From contig OX597822.1 in assembly GCA_951406725.2 (NCBI GenBank), forward strand, positions 34,162,001-34,226,000: a DNA stretch of 64,000 nucleotides, given 5' to 3'. The DNA comes from Octopus vulgaris. Lineage: Eukaryota. Within the stretch, counting starts at the first letter, position 1, and each line of letters opens with the position of its first letter. A program made the position numbers and the translations under genes. The notes beneath the pieces were generated by a model. The model made no database searches, was not told the origin of the DNA, and saw only the letters and a list, made by a program, of their open reading frames with translations. Of the stretch, positions 27,429-40,793 are shown one piece after another.

Positions 27429-27983
27429 TGCAATCATAACAGTAATAACAGCTGTTGTTGCTGTTGTTGATTAGTGGTGGTGCTGGTGGTGGCGGTGGTG
27501 GTATTTGCGACGGTGCAGTTGTTACCAAGATAACGTTTCCATTAATAAGTCGGTCAATAGGTACGGCTTTCTCGGTCAGATTCCTGTGGAGACGCTTCTC
27601 TTTTTATGTTGTTGCTGTTGCTGTTGTTGTTGTTGTTGAAGTTGTTGTTGTAGCAGTTGTTGTTGTTGCAGTTGTTGTTGTTGTTGTTGCAGTTCTTGTT
27701 CAGCTCCAAGGCAAGCCATGATCGGCCAGATCCTCTATCAGAGGATTTCCACACGTGACCAGCACATTGTCATATGCATGTGTTTGTGTGTGTGTTGGTG
27801 TGCGTGTGTTTACATACATACTTGCGCACGCACGCACACACGAGCACAGACACAGACACACACACACGTACACACGCGCACATACATACACATGGTTTTA
27901 ATAACAACATGACTCATCTTTACATGTGTCACACTTAGCAAATGTATTGAGTGCTACTTTCGTTCGTTCACCCATTCGTGTAT

Positions 27984-28016
<33 letters not shown>

Positions 28017-28648
28017 ATGTGTTTGTGTGTGTGTTTGTTGTGTATGTGTGTGTGTTTGTGTTTGTGTGTGTATGTATATATATATATATACATATGTATA
28101 TACATGTATGTATATACATGTATGTTATATATGTATATACATGTATGTTATTATGTATATATATATATATTTATATATGAGGTTACTGAGTAACCTCCCT
28201 TTACTAAGTTTCTAGAAGCATCTGTGTCATGAGACGCGATTCTTAATTATTCAAAAAGCTTAGTGTTTCTCTTGGAATTTTTTAGAATGTCTAGCGTTCT
28301 ATTAATAAAAACAGCTTGCTCACCCCGCTCTTCGCTTCTTAGTTGATTACACTTGGAGCCATTCACGCCATTGCTATATCTATCTATTTCTCTACGCCAT
28401 ATGACTGTAACCCACCACTTAGCTGTTATTTCTACATTTTCTATCTCTGAACTTTCTTGCATAGATTACTTCATTCAACTAGATTCTACATTTTGATTCT
28501 ATGTATCATCATCGACCAGTAAATAAAATATATTTTTATGTGGTAAATATATAGGTCTTGAATTTATTCTTCATCTCTTTATGAACTATTGTAGTAACAT
28601 ACATGCAGCCACATCAACACCTTGTACTGACTATATATAAGCACTACG

Positions 28649-28760
<112 letters not shown>

Positions 28761-28851
28761 TAAAGAAAAAGAAAGAATTACGTTAATATATGAGTGTGCG
28801 AGTATAAGTGTGTGTGACTGCGTGTGTGTATATATATGTATGTCCATATAT

Positions 28852-29158
28852 AGTGGTTAGTGCATTCGGTTCATGATCGTAAGGCTTTGAGCTCAATTCC
28901 CGGCGACGCGTTGTGTCCTTGAGCAAGACACTTCATTTCACGTTGCTCCAGTCCACTTAGCTGGCGAAAATGAGTACTGCCTGTAATTCAAAGGGTCAGC
29001 TTTGTCACACTCTGTGTCACGCTGAATCTCCTTGCGAACTACGTAAGGGTACGCGTGTCTGTGGAGTGCTTAGCCACTTGCACTTTAATTTCATGAGCAG
29101 GATTTTCGGCTGATCGGAGCAACTGGAACTCTCGTCGTCGTAACCGACGGAGTACCAC
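28852..29158 (+). mobile_element. CORE-like SINE sharing the family B tail
   Basis: Central block gttgtgtccttgagcaagacact, then the same ...gtcgtcgtaaccgacggagt tail. A related head lies at about 47635-47790. Confidence 0.75.
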
Positions 29159-29624
29159 GTGACCATCGTCCATCTTTCCTTTACTCACGTGACTATCTTT
29201 CTTTTCCTGCATGGACGTTCAAAGAACTTGACGTTTTTTCTCTCTCTTCTATCTTTTCTCTTTACCAAGTAAATATTTCTTCCAGCGTTCACTATTTTCC
29301 TCTTGTTCTGTTCTAACGACCCTCCACCTGTGTTTTTGTCCGGATTCCTTCTACGTCTCCACTGTCCTGTTTTTGTTCCCAGCTTTGACCCTCCATAAAT
29401 CCTATATTTTATTTTAGAATTTATGGGAGCAACTCTCTTTGAAGACTCATATTATCGTTGAATGCTCGAAATGAGGAGTATATAGACAGCTGACAACTGA
29501 AAGGGTCGTTTCTTCTGTGTTTACTTGTCCTGTTTTCCATTTTTCTTTCGTTGTTTACTTATTTAACTCGTTACGTATTTCATGTTGTTTATACAGTTGG
29601 TGACGTCCTGTACCCATATGTGCA

Positions 29625-29770
<146 letters not shown>

Positions 29771-29793
29771 TCTATCTATATACATACATATAT

Positions 29794-29846
<53 letters not shown>

Positions 29847-29853
29847 CATATAT

Positions 29854-29923
<70 letters not shown>

Positions 29924-30059
29924 TCATGCACCGTGCATTTATATACTCACATATTAACGTAAGTCTTTCTTTTTCTTTCTATAACGATGACGTGTTATGT
30001 AGATGCTATTTTTAGTAGACACAATGACCATTTTAGAGAATCACAACACCCTCACGCAC

Positions 30060-30390
30060 TCACTTAAACCCTCTACTCCCTATGGTGCATAGGCCATCGA
30101 TGACTTTTCTCCACTGTCCTCGACCCTGGACTGTCTCCTCCCCCAATTGTCAATTGTCATTGATGATTCTGTCACTGTGTTTTTCTAAGTAAGGGTGTAC
30201 GGGTGTTGGCCCTAAACAAACCAATCTCTAGAAAGAGGTGGTCCGTATTTGTCTGGCCTCTATCCTTTGATCTGTCTAGCATGGGGGGGGGGTGCTACGA
30301 GGCGCTTGTGTTTCCCTGGCGTCAGGATCATCGAGGCACACAAGCCTCAGTTGACAAAACCATGTGGTGCTCCACCCCACTTAGCAAGGT
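30060..30390 (-). mobile_element. Short RTE-derived bipartite non-autonomous fragment
   Basis: RTE-like 3' end (gcataggccatcgatgac..ccac) joined to an RTE 5'UTR-like block (cctttgatctgtctagcatgg...gcacacaagcctc). Confidence 0.45.
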
Positions 30391-30425
30391 TTTACTGATT
30401 TGTATTTTTCTATATATAATTTCAG

Positions 30426-30598
30426 AAATGCAGTGACCCCTAAACCACGCAAACCTAAAGGTGATGCTCATGCGGCTGCTCCACGGTCAGAGTTATGTGA
30501 AGACAGCATTAACCCCGGTATGAATCAGGGATCAAAGTTCAGAGATGTCAAGCAAAAAACTTATCAGGTTATGAAGGAAGAAGAGGAAACTGGAGGAG
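30426..30598 (+). CDS. Next coding exon of the PDZ protein
   Basis: Acceptor ...aatttcag, donor G|gtaagt; 173 nt. Completes the CG+A Arg codon and reads NAVTPKPRKPKGDAHAAAPRSELCEDSINPGMNQGSKFRDVKQKTYQVMKEEEETGG without a stop. Confidence 0.8.
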
Positions 30599-30718
30599 GT
30601 AAGTATTTTCAAACGAAATCAATATATAAACAAATACACAAGCAAATAAGTAAGCAAGAAATCCTCTCATCAGCCTTGAACACCAGATTCACCGTAGTTT
30701 CGACGCGTGTGTATATAC

Positions 30719-30859
<141 letters not shown>

Positions 30860-31813
30860 GCTCTGTGTGTGTGTGTGTCTGATAAATATAAAAATGAGCA
30901 GCTAAGAGGCCAAAACAGTTCAATATCCTACAGATGAAGCTGAGATACCATAGGAGAGATAAATAATAATTTTATTTGGGCTTGAGTCATTCATTCTCTT
31001 GCTACCTTGCGTTTTGTTCATGGCTGCACAGAGTCTTCTGGTAAGTTACGAAAAGTCGTCCAAATACCACCACGCTTTCACACCTTCCGTCAGTATTGAC
31101 CGACTTAGCGGTGTCAGCCACGAAAGCTATTGGGATAAAGACAAGCGGGAATTACAGAGACGAATCTAGGATTAACATTGTTCCAAAAGGAATATAAAGG
31201 TCTGAGGCACAGACATTTAATAGATAATAGATTCGATTAGAATATAATCGTGTTTTCGAGGCTCTATGTTTAAAAGAAAAACTGTTCTCCATATATAAAA
31301 AAGTATGTATGTATGTATGTATGTATGTATGTATGTATGTATGTATGTATGTATGTATACTATATATACACGTATGTGTATATGTATATAACTTTCTATA
31401 TAAACATATATGCCCTACCTAATCTTAAATTACTATATATATGTGTGTTAGTATGTATGTATGTATGTATACTTATATACATACGTATGTGTATATGTAT
31501 ATAACATTCTATATAAACATATATACCCTACCTAATCTTAAATTACTATATATATATATGTGTGTGTGTATGTATGTATGTATGTATGTATGTATGTATG
31601 TATGCATATATATATATATATATATATATTTATTTATTTATATATACAAGATAAGAAAATGGAGAAATATATCTAATACTGTAAATGAATTGATTGCATC
31701 GCAATCATTAACATTTATGTATTCACTTTGTTGGGTACTTCACTAGCAGTATATTGGATATATGTTATCCCATGGAGGTTTGCATTTACAACCCCTATCT
31801 CAATTTGTATATT

Positions 31814-31887
<74 letters not shown>

Positions 31888-32186
31888 CACACACACATAC
31901 ACATATATATAAAATAATATGTGACTGTATGTATATATATTTATGTCTGAGTGTCAGCGCATGCGTGTATAAACATTCATATGCGAATGCGTGTCGTGTA
32001 TACGAACACACATGTATAAACACTAACAGGCATACATCGGATATAAACACACTTATCATTACATACACCTCTGAATGCACACCAAACAAGTCTTACAAAA
32101 AATTTTGACGAGTTTCAATTACTTGTAGATATAATATGTTACAAAAATATTTCATAATGAATTCTTGGCTTGATTTTCTTTTACAG

Positions 32187-32287
32187 GAGCCCCACCCGCT
32201 TCCATATTTGGTCGAAAGAAAGAAGATCGGTCAAGTTACCTGAAAGAAGACAAGAAAACTATCCAAAAGGCGTTTGGTCAGTCTTAG
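32187..32287 (+). CDS. Terminal coding exon of the PDZ protein
   Basis: Acceptor attttcttttacag; phase-compatible (G+GA). Reads GAPPASIFGRKKEDRSSYLKEDKKTIQKAFGQS then TAG at 32285-32287. Confidence 0.75.
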
Positions 32288-32576
32288 AGGCGATGTTATT
32301 GGGTGAATATTGTTGCAGTGTTGCAATGGCAAAGCTTCTCTTCAAAATCTTCTTTTGTACACGGACTCTCATTTAAATATCTGTAAACTAATGAATAATT
32401 AATTAAGCAATGTACATTAAAAACAAAACGAAACGAAACAAAACAGCAACAAAAAAAATGTTAGAGAGGGATATATATAGACAGAAAAATAAATTAACAA
32501 ATTTATAGACATCTAAGCAGCAAATTGGCTTTTGTACACATTCACGTAGTTAATTGTGTATGTAATATGTAATATG

Positions 32577-32685
<109 letters not shown>

Positions 32686-32814
32686 ATATGAGGTGATGAG
32701 TTGGGCAGAAATGGCAGATTGCCGCTGGACTATATCCTCTTAGAAGAGATTAACGTCAGCACTTTCAATTTCCCACTGTGGTAAGCTTACCTTTTTGTTC
32801 CTCATACTTCTATA

Positions 32815-32875
<61 letters not shown>

Positions 32876-33603
32876 TTATATATGTATTTATGTATTGGTA
32901 TATTTGGGTACGTATGATTATATGTACGTCACGCCGAAGATCGGCGGCAACTACATACTGGATTTTGTACGCAAAAGACATAGTTTTATATTGTAATTAT
33001 ATACTCAAATATAATGTGTTATGAAATGAAATTTAATTCTCATTGTTCTATAGCTTGGTTAATATTGACAGAAAACGGAATAAGTACGAAACCTGCATCA
33101 ATTTTTACTGTGATCACTTTGTATTGACAACAGTTAATGCATCAAGACACATCAAGGGAAATAACTCTACTTGCTCCTTTAGTGCCAAGGGAATTAACTC
33201 TAAATATTTGGTATTTATTTTCTTTCTAGTCGATGATAATTTACTGATATTTTTTCCATTTCACTCACGTTATCTCTTATTTCACTATTTATTTACTGTT
33301 ATTTATTGTGATCTTAACAATCGCGTAAATATTCTGTATATTTAAAATCTGTATTTAATCCTAATATATAAACACACAATATTTATTTCCAACCAATGAA
33401 TTATTTAAGGCAATATATGCGCTCTAGGCATCCAAGAACGTGACTTGGTAACTGTTACTGCGGGTGAAGCGATCAGATGATCGCTTGGTTGTTTGTTGAC
33501 ATTCAGAAGCTATTGATAGTTCGAACTTTCCAGTGAAACTAAGAACTGAGCTAAATTTGTTTGTTTGAAAGCTTGTTTATTGATATTTTCATCCTGTTTT
33601 AAC

Positions 33604-33609
33604 AATAAA
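33604..33609 (+). promoter_or_regulatory. Candidate polyadenylation signal of the PDZ gene
   Basis: AATAAA about 1.3 kb after the stop, followed by a GT/T-rich tract (gtttgttgtattttttttt). Confidence 0.35.
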
Positions 33610-33841
33610 AAAAACTTAAAAGAACAATTGAGTTTGTTGTATTTTTTTTTACCTCATTATTTAATTGTTTTATCTCGATATTTACTGTAGAGACTGAGAA
33701 AAGTTCATCTTTCCCAAAAACCTTCGGTAAAAGATGGTTTATGAAAGATTACGTAGATAATGTTTAGATATGAAACTTGCGACGAAGAGAAAAGACTGAA
33801 TGTTGTTCGTTAAGAAATTCAAGAGAGAGAGAGAGAGAGAT

Positions 33842-33911
<70 letters not shown>

Positions 33912-33940
33912 CGAGAGAGAAATTGGCTTGGTTAAACGTG

Positions 33941-33989
<49 letters not shown>

Positions 33990-34130
33990 TGAAAAAAGGG
34001 GGTCGAATTAATTAATTATTAATAAATTCGACCAAGCAGTATTCGGTATGTAAAGACCATTTACGGTATATTTGAAGTATTAATTTATAAAAATATGGTA
34101 AAGTAAAAGAATTCACTTTACCACACACCG

Positions 34131-34318
34131 AACTTTTCAGAAATAGCAGCCAAAAATTTGGCTATTTCTTCAACTGCAAATAAAAGTCTCCAGACAATGC
34201 ATACTCAGAAAAATAACTCACATAGGAATGAGTTATTTTTCTGAGTATGCATTGTCTGGAGACTTTTATTTGCAGTTGAAGAAATAGCCAAATTTTTGGC
34301 TGCTATTTCTGAAAAGTT
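34131..34318. repeat. Perfect 90-bp-arm palindrome with an 8-nt loop
   Basis: 34131-34220 is the reverse complement of 34229-34318; loop cataggaa. Confidence 0.95.
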
Positions 34319-34474
34319 TTATATATATATATATTTAGGTATAAGAATTATATATAAAGAAACAAGAACGTGAAATACACAAAGGGACGAACACAGAAAA
34401 CAGAGGGGTTATTCGAAGCCTTTAATCTTCAGTCAGAACCCGGATCATCATAGCAAATTTCGGCTGATTAATTC

Positions 34475-34548
<74 letters not shown>

Positions 34549-34619
34549 TGTATGTATGTATGTATGTATCTATATATCTATCTATCTCTCTCTCTCTATA
34601 TATAAATACATTACAATAG

Positions 34620-35870
34620 ATCTGTATATTGGGGATTATAAGGTGTCTGCAATTAGAACACTTCACAATATTTATATATAGGAAACTACGAAACGTCTAT
34701 ACATCGGAACACGCTCGAAGGTTATAGACCAAAGCAATAAAACGTCTATGCACACAAATTTTCACTATGTCTCTTACGATAAGTCAAGACGTCAATATAC
34801 AGGAGACAAGGCGTCTAAGAGACATAAGCTTACAGCATGTCTGTATATAGCAAACTACGAGACAGGTACATAAAATAAAGTACGTGATATCTATATACAA
34901 AAACCTACACAATGTTTACATAGTGGAAATTACGGGACATGTACGACCATGAAAGAACAGGGATTCTGTATAATTGAACCTACAATCTCTATGTACAAGA
35001 AGCGATATGACGTGTGTATACACGAAACTAAACGACGTCTATAAATTAACTATAATACGCTTATATTCACGAAACTACAGACGTCTTTTTACAAAGAACT
35101 ATAAGAGGTTTATATACATGAAATTATAAAATGTTTGTATACAGTAGAGTAAAGTATGTCTATATACCGTAAATCCTCGAGTATAGTACGCCCTTGAGTA
35201 TAATACGCAGGGTATTTCTAGGGGGCTGTACCTCTGGAAAACCTAAACCTTGTGTATAAAACGCACCCCTTCTCTAACTTGAGTCAAGGAGGTCTATATA
35301 ACGTCCTTGGTTTGTGAAAATGTATACGGTGACGAACTTTATTATTATTGTACATATAACATAATGCAAACGTGTAGCTTTTTTTGTGCATTTCGTTTGC
35401 AGAAAATAAAGAAATAACAGTAATAACGTTTAATAAATGTTGCTTACTGCAAATCATGGATGATTCTTTTATGACTTCATTACTTTCAGGCTTAGCTTAA
35501 GGTATTTTCGCGCCCGGCATCAGAAAACGCGTCTGAATAAACATTGCCGGACAGCAAATAGAGACTCGGACATTGCTTAGAAAATAATTTTCATTTTTAA
35601 CCTCGTATATAGTACGCGCTAGGGATTTTGACCTTTAAATTTTGGAAAAAAAGTGCGGATTATACTCGAGGATTTACGGTACATGAAACTATAAGTTGCC
35701 TAAATACAGGAAACAGAAAATAAACATATTTACAAAAGACAGCAATGTCTCAATAGATGAAATTACATGACAGTTGTATAGAAGGAGAGAAAGTATAAGC
35801 CGTTTATACATTGGAAACTTTAAAGTTATAAGACCTCTAAATTCAGGAAACTAAGTTGCCGGCACAAGTG
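34620..35870. repeat. Highly degenerate minisatellite of about 24-25 bp, interrupted by a MITE
   Basis: Recurring variants of tatatacaggaaactacaagacgtc. Confidence 0.65.
35167..35679. mobile_element. Tc1/mariner-superfamily (pogo/Tc2-like) MITE
   Basis: TA|CCGTAAATCCTCGAGTATA ... TATACTCGAGGATTTACGG|TA. Confidence 0.88.
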
Positions 35871-38625
35871 AAACTATAGTGCGTTTATATTCTGAAAACG
35901 TTTTGACATATTCACTCTTAATATGTTCTGGCAGATTCGAGCGTTAATACACCAATGGCTGTTATGTATCGTCTTTGGAGAACATGTTTTCCTTTCAGAC
36001 GATGCATGTTTACAACACACTCGATCCATTAAGGTAAGAGGACTGTGACAGACAACAGCATGCATCAGCAAATAATGTTTGCTGAAATATATAAACTAAT
36101 GTCACCCGTCTTGTTTAAGTAGCTGATTGAAGAGACACAACCAGGTCGAAATGTAGTGTTACAAAGTCCTTTTAGCACAATGCATCGAGTGTATTGTGAA
36201 TACACAAAAATAGAAAAATAAATGCTATTACCCAAAGATGAAATACAACAGCGATTAGCATTTTCGCGTTCGAATATGCTGAAACGGTTTAACGAGAATA
36301 TTTACGACATTATTTTGACTGGCTCTATTCTCTGCGTACATGATAAATTTATTTTTAGACATTTATTCAGAGGAAACTAAAATAGGTCTATATTCAGGAA
36401 ATAAGAAGCAAGTCCTTAATACCAGTTTATAGGGGACAGTATGAGGATTTAATGTAGAATAAATTACAGGAATGATGCATGTGTGATGTTGTTATAAACG
36501 TAAAAACCAAATTCAAATGTTTCTGTTAGAGAAAATATTATATGTACTTTCTGGTTGTGCTGTAGTGGAAATGGTACACCTCTCCCACGGGACAAGTGGT
36601 ATGACAAAGCCACTATAAAGTGGGACAACGTCAACCAGTACGGGGAGTCGTGGGTCAGTCGTTGTACGAGTTCTCAGTTAGAGTTAAGTGTCAGTTACGT
36701 GTTATAGCCGAGTTTGAGTCACAGTCAAAGTAGACGGTTGAAAGTCGGTGTCTTGCTGAGCTATTACGACAGATGAAGCGATGTATTGCCGTTCCGGTAA
36801 AGAAGCGATACACTGTATCCAAAACCAAGACAATATCGTGGCTGCTAGAGCAGATACAACTACAGTCACAACAATGGCCACACTTTATAGCCGTGGAATA
36901 CACCACATCATAACAGTGGCGTCAAGGATATAAACAATTCACGTGGACGACGTTAAAGAAAATATATCACGCGAAGGAATTTTAAAAAATCACATGGAGA
37001 AACCAACACCTCGGCAGAGGAGTAACAAGCGTTTGTTGTACACATTTTGCGAAAAATTCGTAAAATCATGGAAAACTTGTTGGCGGGTTTAGTTGAGTTA
37101 CAAAAACAGCATCTCAAAGAACGACAAGAAAAACAATAAATGTTATAGTATTAAAATGCTACAACTAATGAAGTTGGTAGCAAAACCTGAAAATACGTTT
37201 TCGCCAGACCATGTAGCGAATTCAATAAATGAATTTAAATATGGCCCAGAAAAAGGAGTCATCTTCGAGGCACACTACCAAAGATTTGAGCAAATTTTCG
37301 AAGAAGAATGTCAAGACTGGATTGACGAAATGAAAACGCGTCTAATTTTAAGGAAACTGGCGACAACAGAGTATGAAAAATACAGTAACTTTATACTGCC
37401 TAAAAAGTCTAAATTTTACGGACGCAATTGACATTTTATGTCAGATGTTCAGTGAAAAAACGTTGTTCAACACAGGCTGGAAGTGTTTGAACATGGAGAA
37501 AAGCGATGACGAAGTCTTTGCTAGACATGCGGGTAGAATGAACAGGGAATACGAGAGGTTTAAACTGGATAAACTAACTCCAGATTCGTTCAAATGCTTG
37601 ATTTTTGCACAGGGACTTACTGCTAAAAAAGACGCAGAAATCAGAAGGAAAATTACTGCAAAGCTGGAAATGAACCAGGATATAATCTTGCAGAAATTGT
37701 CAGAAGAATGCGATATGATATTAAAAATAAGACTTGACACAGAGAAAATCCAATGCAGAGAGTGCGGAAAATTCTGAAGTCGGATAGAGTGTTTCACAAA
37801 AAAACACGATAAACACCAGGATGTATATACATCCCATGTTTTGTATGTGGTGGTATGCACCTGAGAAAGATTGTCCATTCAAAAAAGCGAAGTGCTTTCG
37901 TTGTGGGAATACGGGACGCATCAAATCGCACTGCAGAACTAAGATGACGAACATTTGGAACAAACGATAAAAAATAAATAGTTTGTTATCAGAAAAAAAA
38001 GTTAGCACAACGAACAGAAAATTCGTCAAGAGAAAAATCGAAACCACAAGTGTCAAACTGCAATTAGACACGAGTAGTGATACCACTATCATAAATGAAA
38101 AGAAATCGGTAAGCCGAAATTATTTAGATCAAACTAGCACTATGACCCGGCGTTGCTGGGTCTAGTGCTGGTGCTTGTTCTTCGTTGCCGGATCGCAGTA
38201 AAAATTTTCTCACTAAATCAAGAGCTAAGTTTCTTATCACATTTCAGCCCGGGCCAGTTTTGTTGTTTATGAGCTAGTTGGAGCTTTTTATGAGCGTAAT
38301 TAATATTAATCGGACTTCGGTTTTCACACCTGGAACGGCATAATCATGGAAAATTAACCGGACTGTGCACATGACATTAGTCGGACATAAAAGGAGGTAG
38401 AAGAAAGCGAAAAACTCGAATTTGACCGCAAAATAACTTATGGGCATAAGGAGACGGTTTATCGATTTTTTAAAATGACTTTCTGTGGTGACTGGGGAAA
38501 TGAAAAGATCTTCACGACCGCCCTCAGACAGTTTTGAAAGCCCATAGAAAATGCGATCCTTTTACGTGAAAAGCTGTGGATTTGTATAAAGGACACACAG
38601 ACACACAGACACAGATATACAGATA

Positions 38626-40793
38626 CTAGCAGTATCGCCCGGCGTTGCTCGGGTTTGTAAGGGAAATAACTATATAAGCATTTTTAGAGAGTTATAGCCA
38701 AAAAATAGCAAAAAAATGCATTAAAATGCATTAAAAATTGAAAAAAAATTAAGGTAATTTTTTTTTAAATCGTTGACACATCGTAGATATTTTTAGAGAG
38801 TTACTTCCCTTATATAATAACGAAAAATATGCATTAAAATGGAAAAATATGATGGTAACTTTTTTTTAAATCGTAGACTCATCGTAGACGCGCGCTAATA
38901 CCCAGAAGGGCTCGATATGAATCACGACTATAAGATACCCGCTTTTGGTTAAACTACACCGCAAAATGTGGGAGTAGTTACGAATCTAAATCGTAGGAGA
39001 CAGACACACAACTTCACTCTTATATATAAAGATATAAGCCACGTAGTTATATACACATACTTTGTTATATACACATTCTTAAAAGAAAATGTTATTTTGA
39101 ACACAACATTTACAAAGAATAAAATATTTTTTGGTTTTCTTAACCCTTTCGTTACTATATTTCTGACCAAAATACACCCCTTATGTGTTTCAATTAATTT
39201 CTAACGTAATCATAAATTTAGTCTGGTTTCATTAAACAACTATAACGTTTTTATTTATGAATACATTAATCTGATTTTTGGAAGATAATTTAGTGAAATG
39301 TTCTCAACCAATTCTATACTATAATTTTTGTCACAAAGTGACTCTAATTGCAGGTAGATACAGGTAAATTCAACAATATATAAAATTATTAAAATTTTGT
39401 TCAAACATCGCTATAGAAAATGGGTTATTAGCTAATATTCAATTGGGTATACAACAAAATTTTACGATAGAATTTGTTATTCTGGGTAACTTTCTAATAC
39501 CCATAATAATATTTATGGCAAAATAGGCCTTAATTTCATTTAAGGTTGTGGGAAATAACAAACTATCGTTTCTTTCGCTTTGTTTAGGTTGAGATCAAAT
39601 ACCACATGCTTTTTTTTTCAGTCATAGAGTTAGATTTATGAAGGTCTTCAGTAGAAAATCCTTCGAATTCTGACTCGCTGCTTGATATAATGAAATTCGT
39701 ATCCATTTTTTGTCAAAATTACAAATTTTGAAAACACAATAGGAACAAATTTCGGAAAAAAATCTCCCATAATTCACGGAATTAAAATTACACTTCGATT
39801 TTTGTACAAAACTGTAGTTGAACTGTTTACGAAGTATAATACGTGTTTTCACGAATGTTCTAAAGAGATTTACTCTGATATTCTCATTTAAATATGAATA
39901 GGTAAATTCGGGCGGCTTGGTCACATTAACCAAAATTTTTTTCGGGCGGTTTGGTAAAGAAAGGGTTAAACGGATGCATACATTTATTAATAACTATATA
40001 TAAGTGTCGTCTGTTTATACATAAACACTGTTTCATACTGCAATTATATATACATATATCTATATATAATATTATATAATAAAATATATACAGAGTAAAA
40101 TAAAAACCAATTTACCTTTTCTGTATTGTTATTCGACCGTCCGTGTGTCTTTGCAAATGTGTTGGAATGATAAGTGAGTTGTGTTTTGGCGCCTTTTTTT
40201 ACTAATAACAAACACACACGTGTTTGTATGTAGTTGTTTGAAACGTTTGTGTTTGCCACTCTCATATATGTATGTGTATGCGTGTGTGTGAGGAATTACA
40301 CAGACACACTCACGCACGCACACATGTACATCAATGCTTTTATGAGCGTCATAGAGAGAAACAAATATTACATCGCCATCGCCATCGCCATAGCCATCGC
40401 CATCGCCATAGCCATCGCCATCGCCATAGCCATCGCCATCGCCATAGCCATCGCCATCGCCATAGCCATCGCCATCGCCATCGCCATCGCATTCTATTTT
40501 CTACCTGTCAACAGACAGTGAATTAGTTTCAGTTTATTCATTGCCCACTGTGTGTGTGCGTTTGCGTGTGCTGTAAACCAGACTAAGAAAAGCATTTGAC
40601 ACACACACCAGAATGTGAGTTTTCTGTAAATTTTGCTTAATTGGAGTTTAAATTTTAAAAACTGGACCTGGCATGACGCGATGCATTGTACTCTTAAAAA
40701 TGCTAGGTAAATTGTAATTGAAGAAATCCTATATTGTAGATTTGTATAACTCCCAAAGGGAGGCAGATAAAATCTGCCTTTTATAATAAGAGA
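38626..40793 (-). mobile_element. Non-autonomous Helitron (inner)
   Basis: On the minus strand A|TCTCTTATTATAAAA ... CCCGAGCAACGCCGGG..TGCTAG|T, no TSD. Homologous to 51331-53361. Confidence 0.88.
39144..39965. mobile_element. piggyBac-like MITE inside the Helitron
   Basis: TTAA|CCCTTTCGTTAC ... GTAAAGAAAGGG|TTAA: 12-bp TIR with one mismatch and a TTAA TSD. Confidence 0.75.

Noticed and set aside
29430-29480. Possible hammerhead (ttgaagactcat...ctcgaaatgag)
   Set aside because: The core and stems cannot be assembled consistently.
34620-35870. CRISPR-like array
   Set aside because: Degenerate tandem units without unique spacers, in a eukaryotic context with no cas genes.
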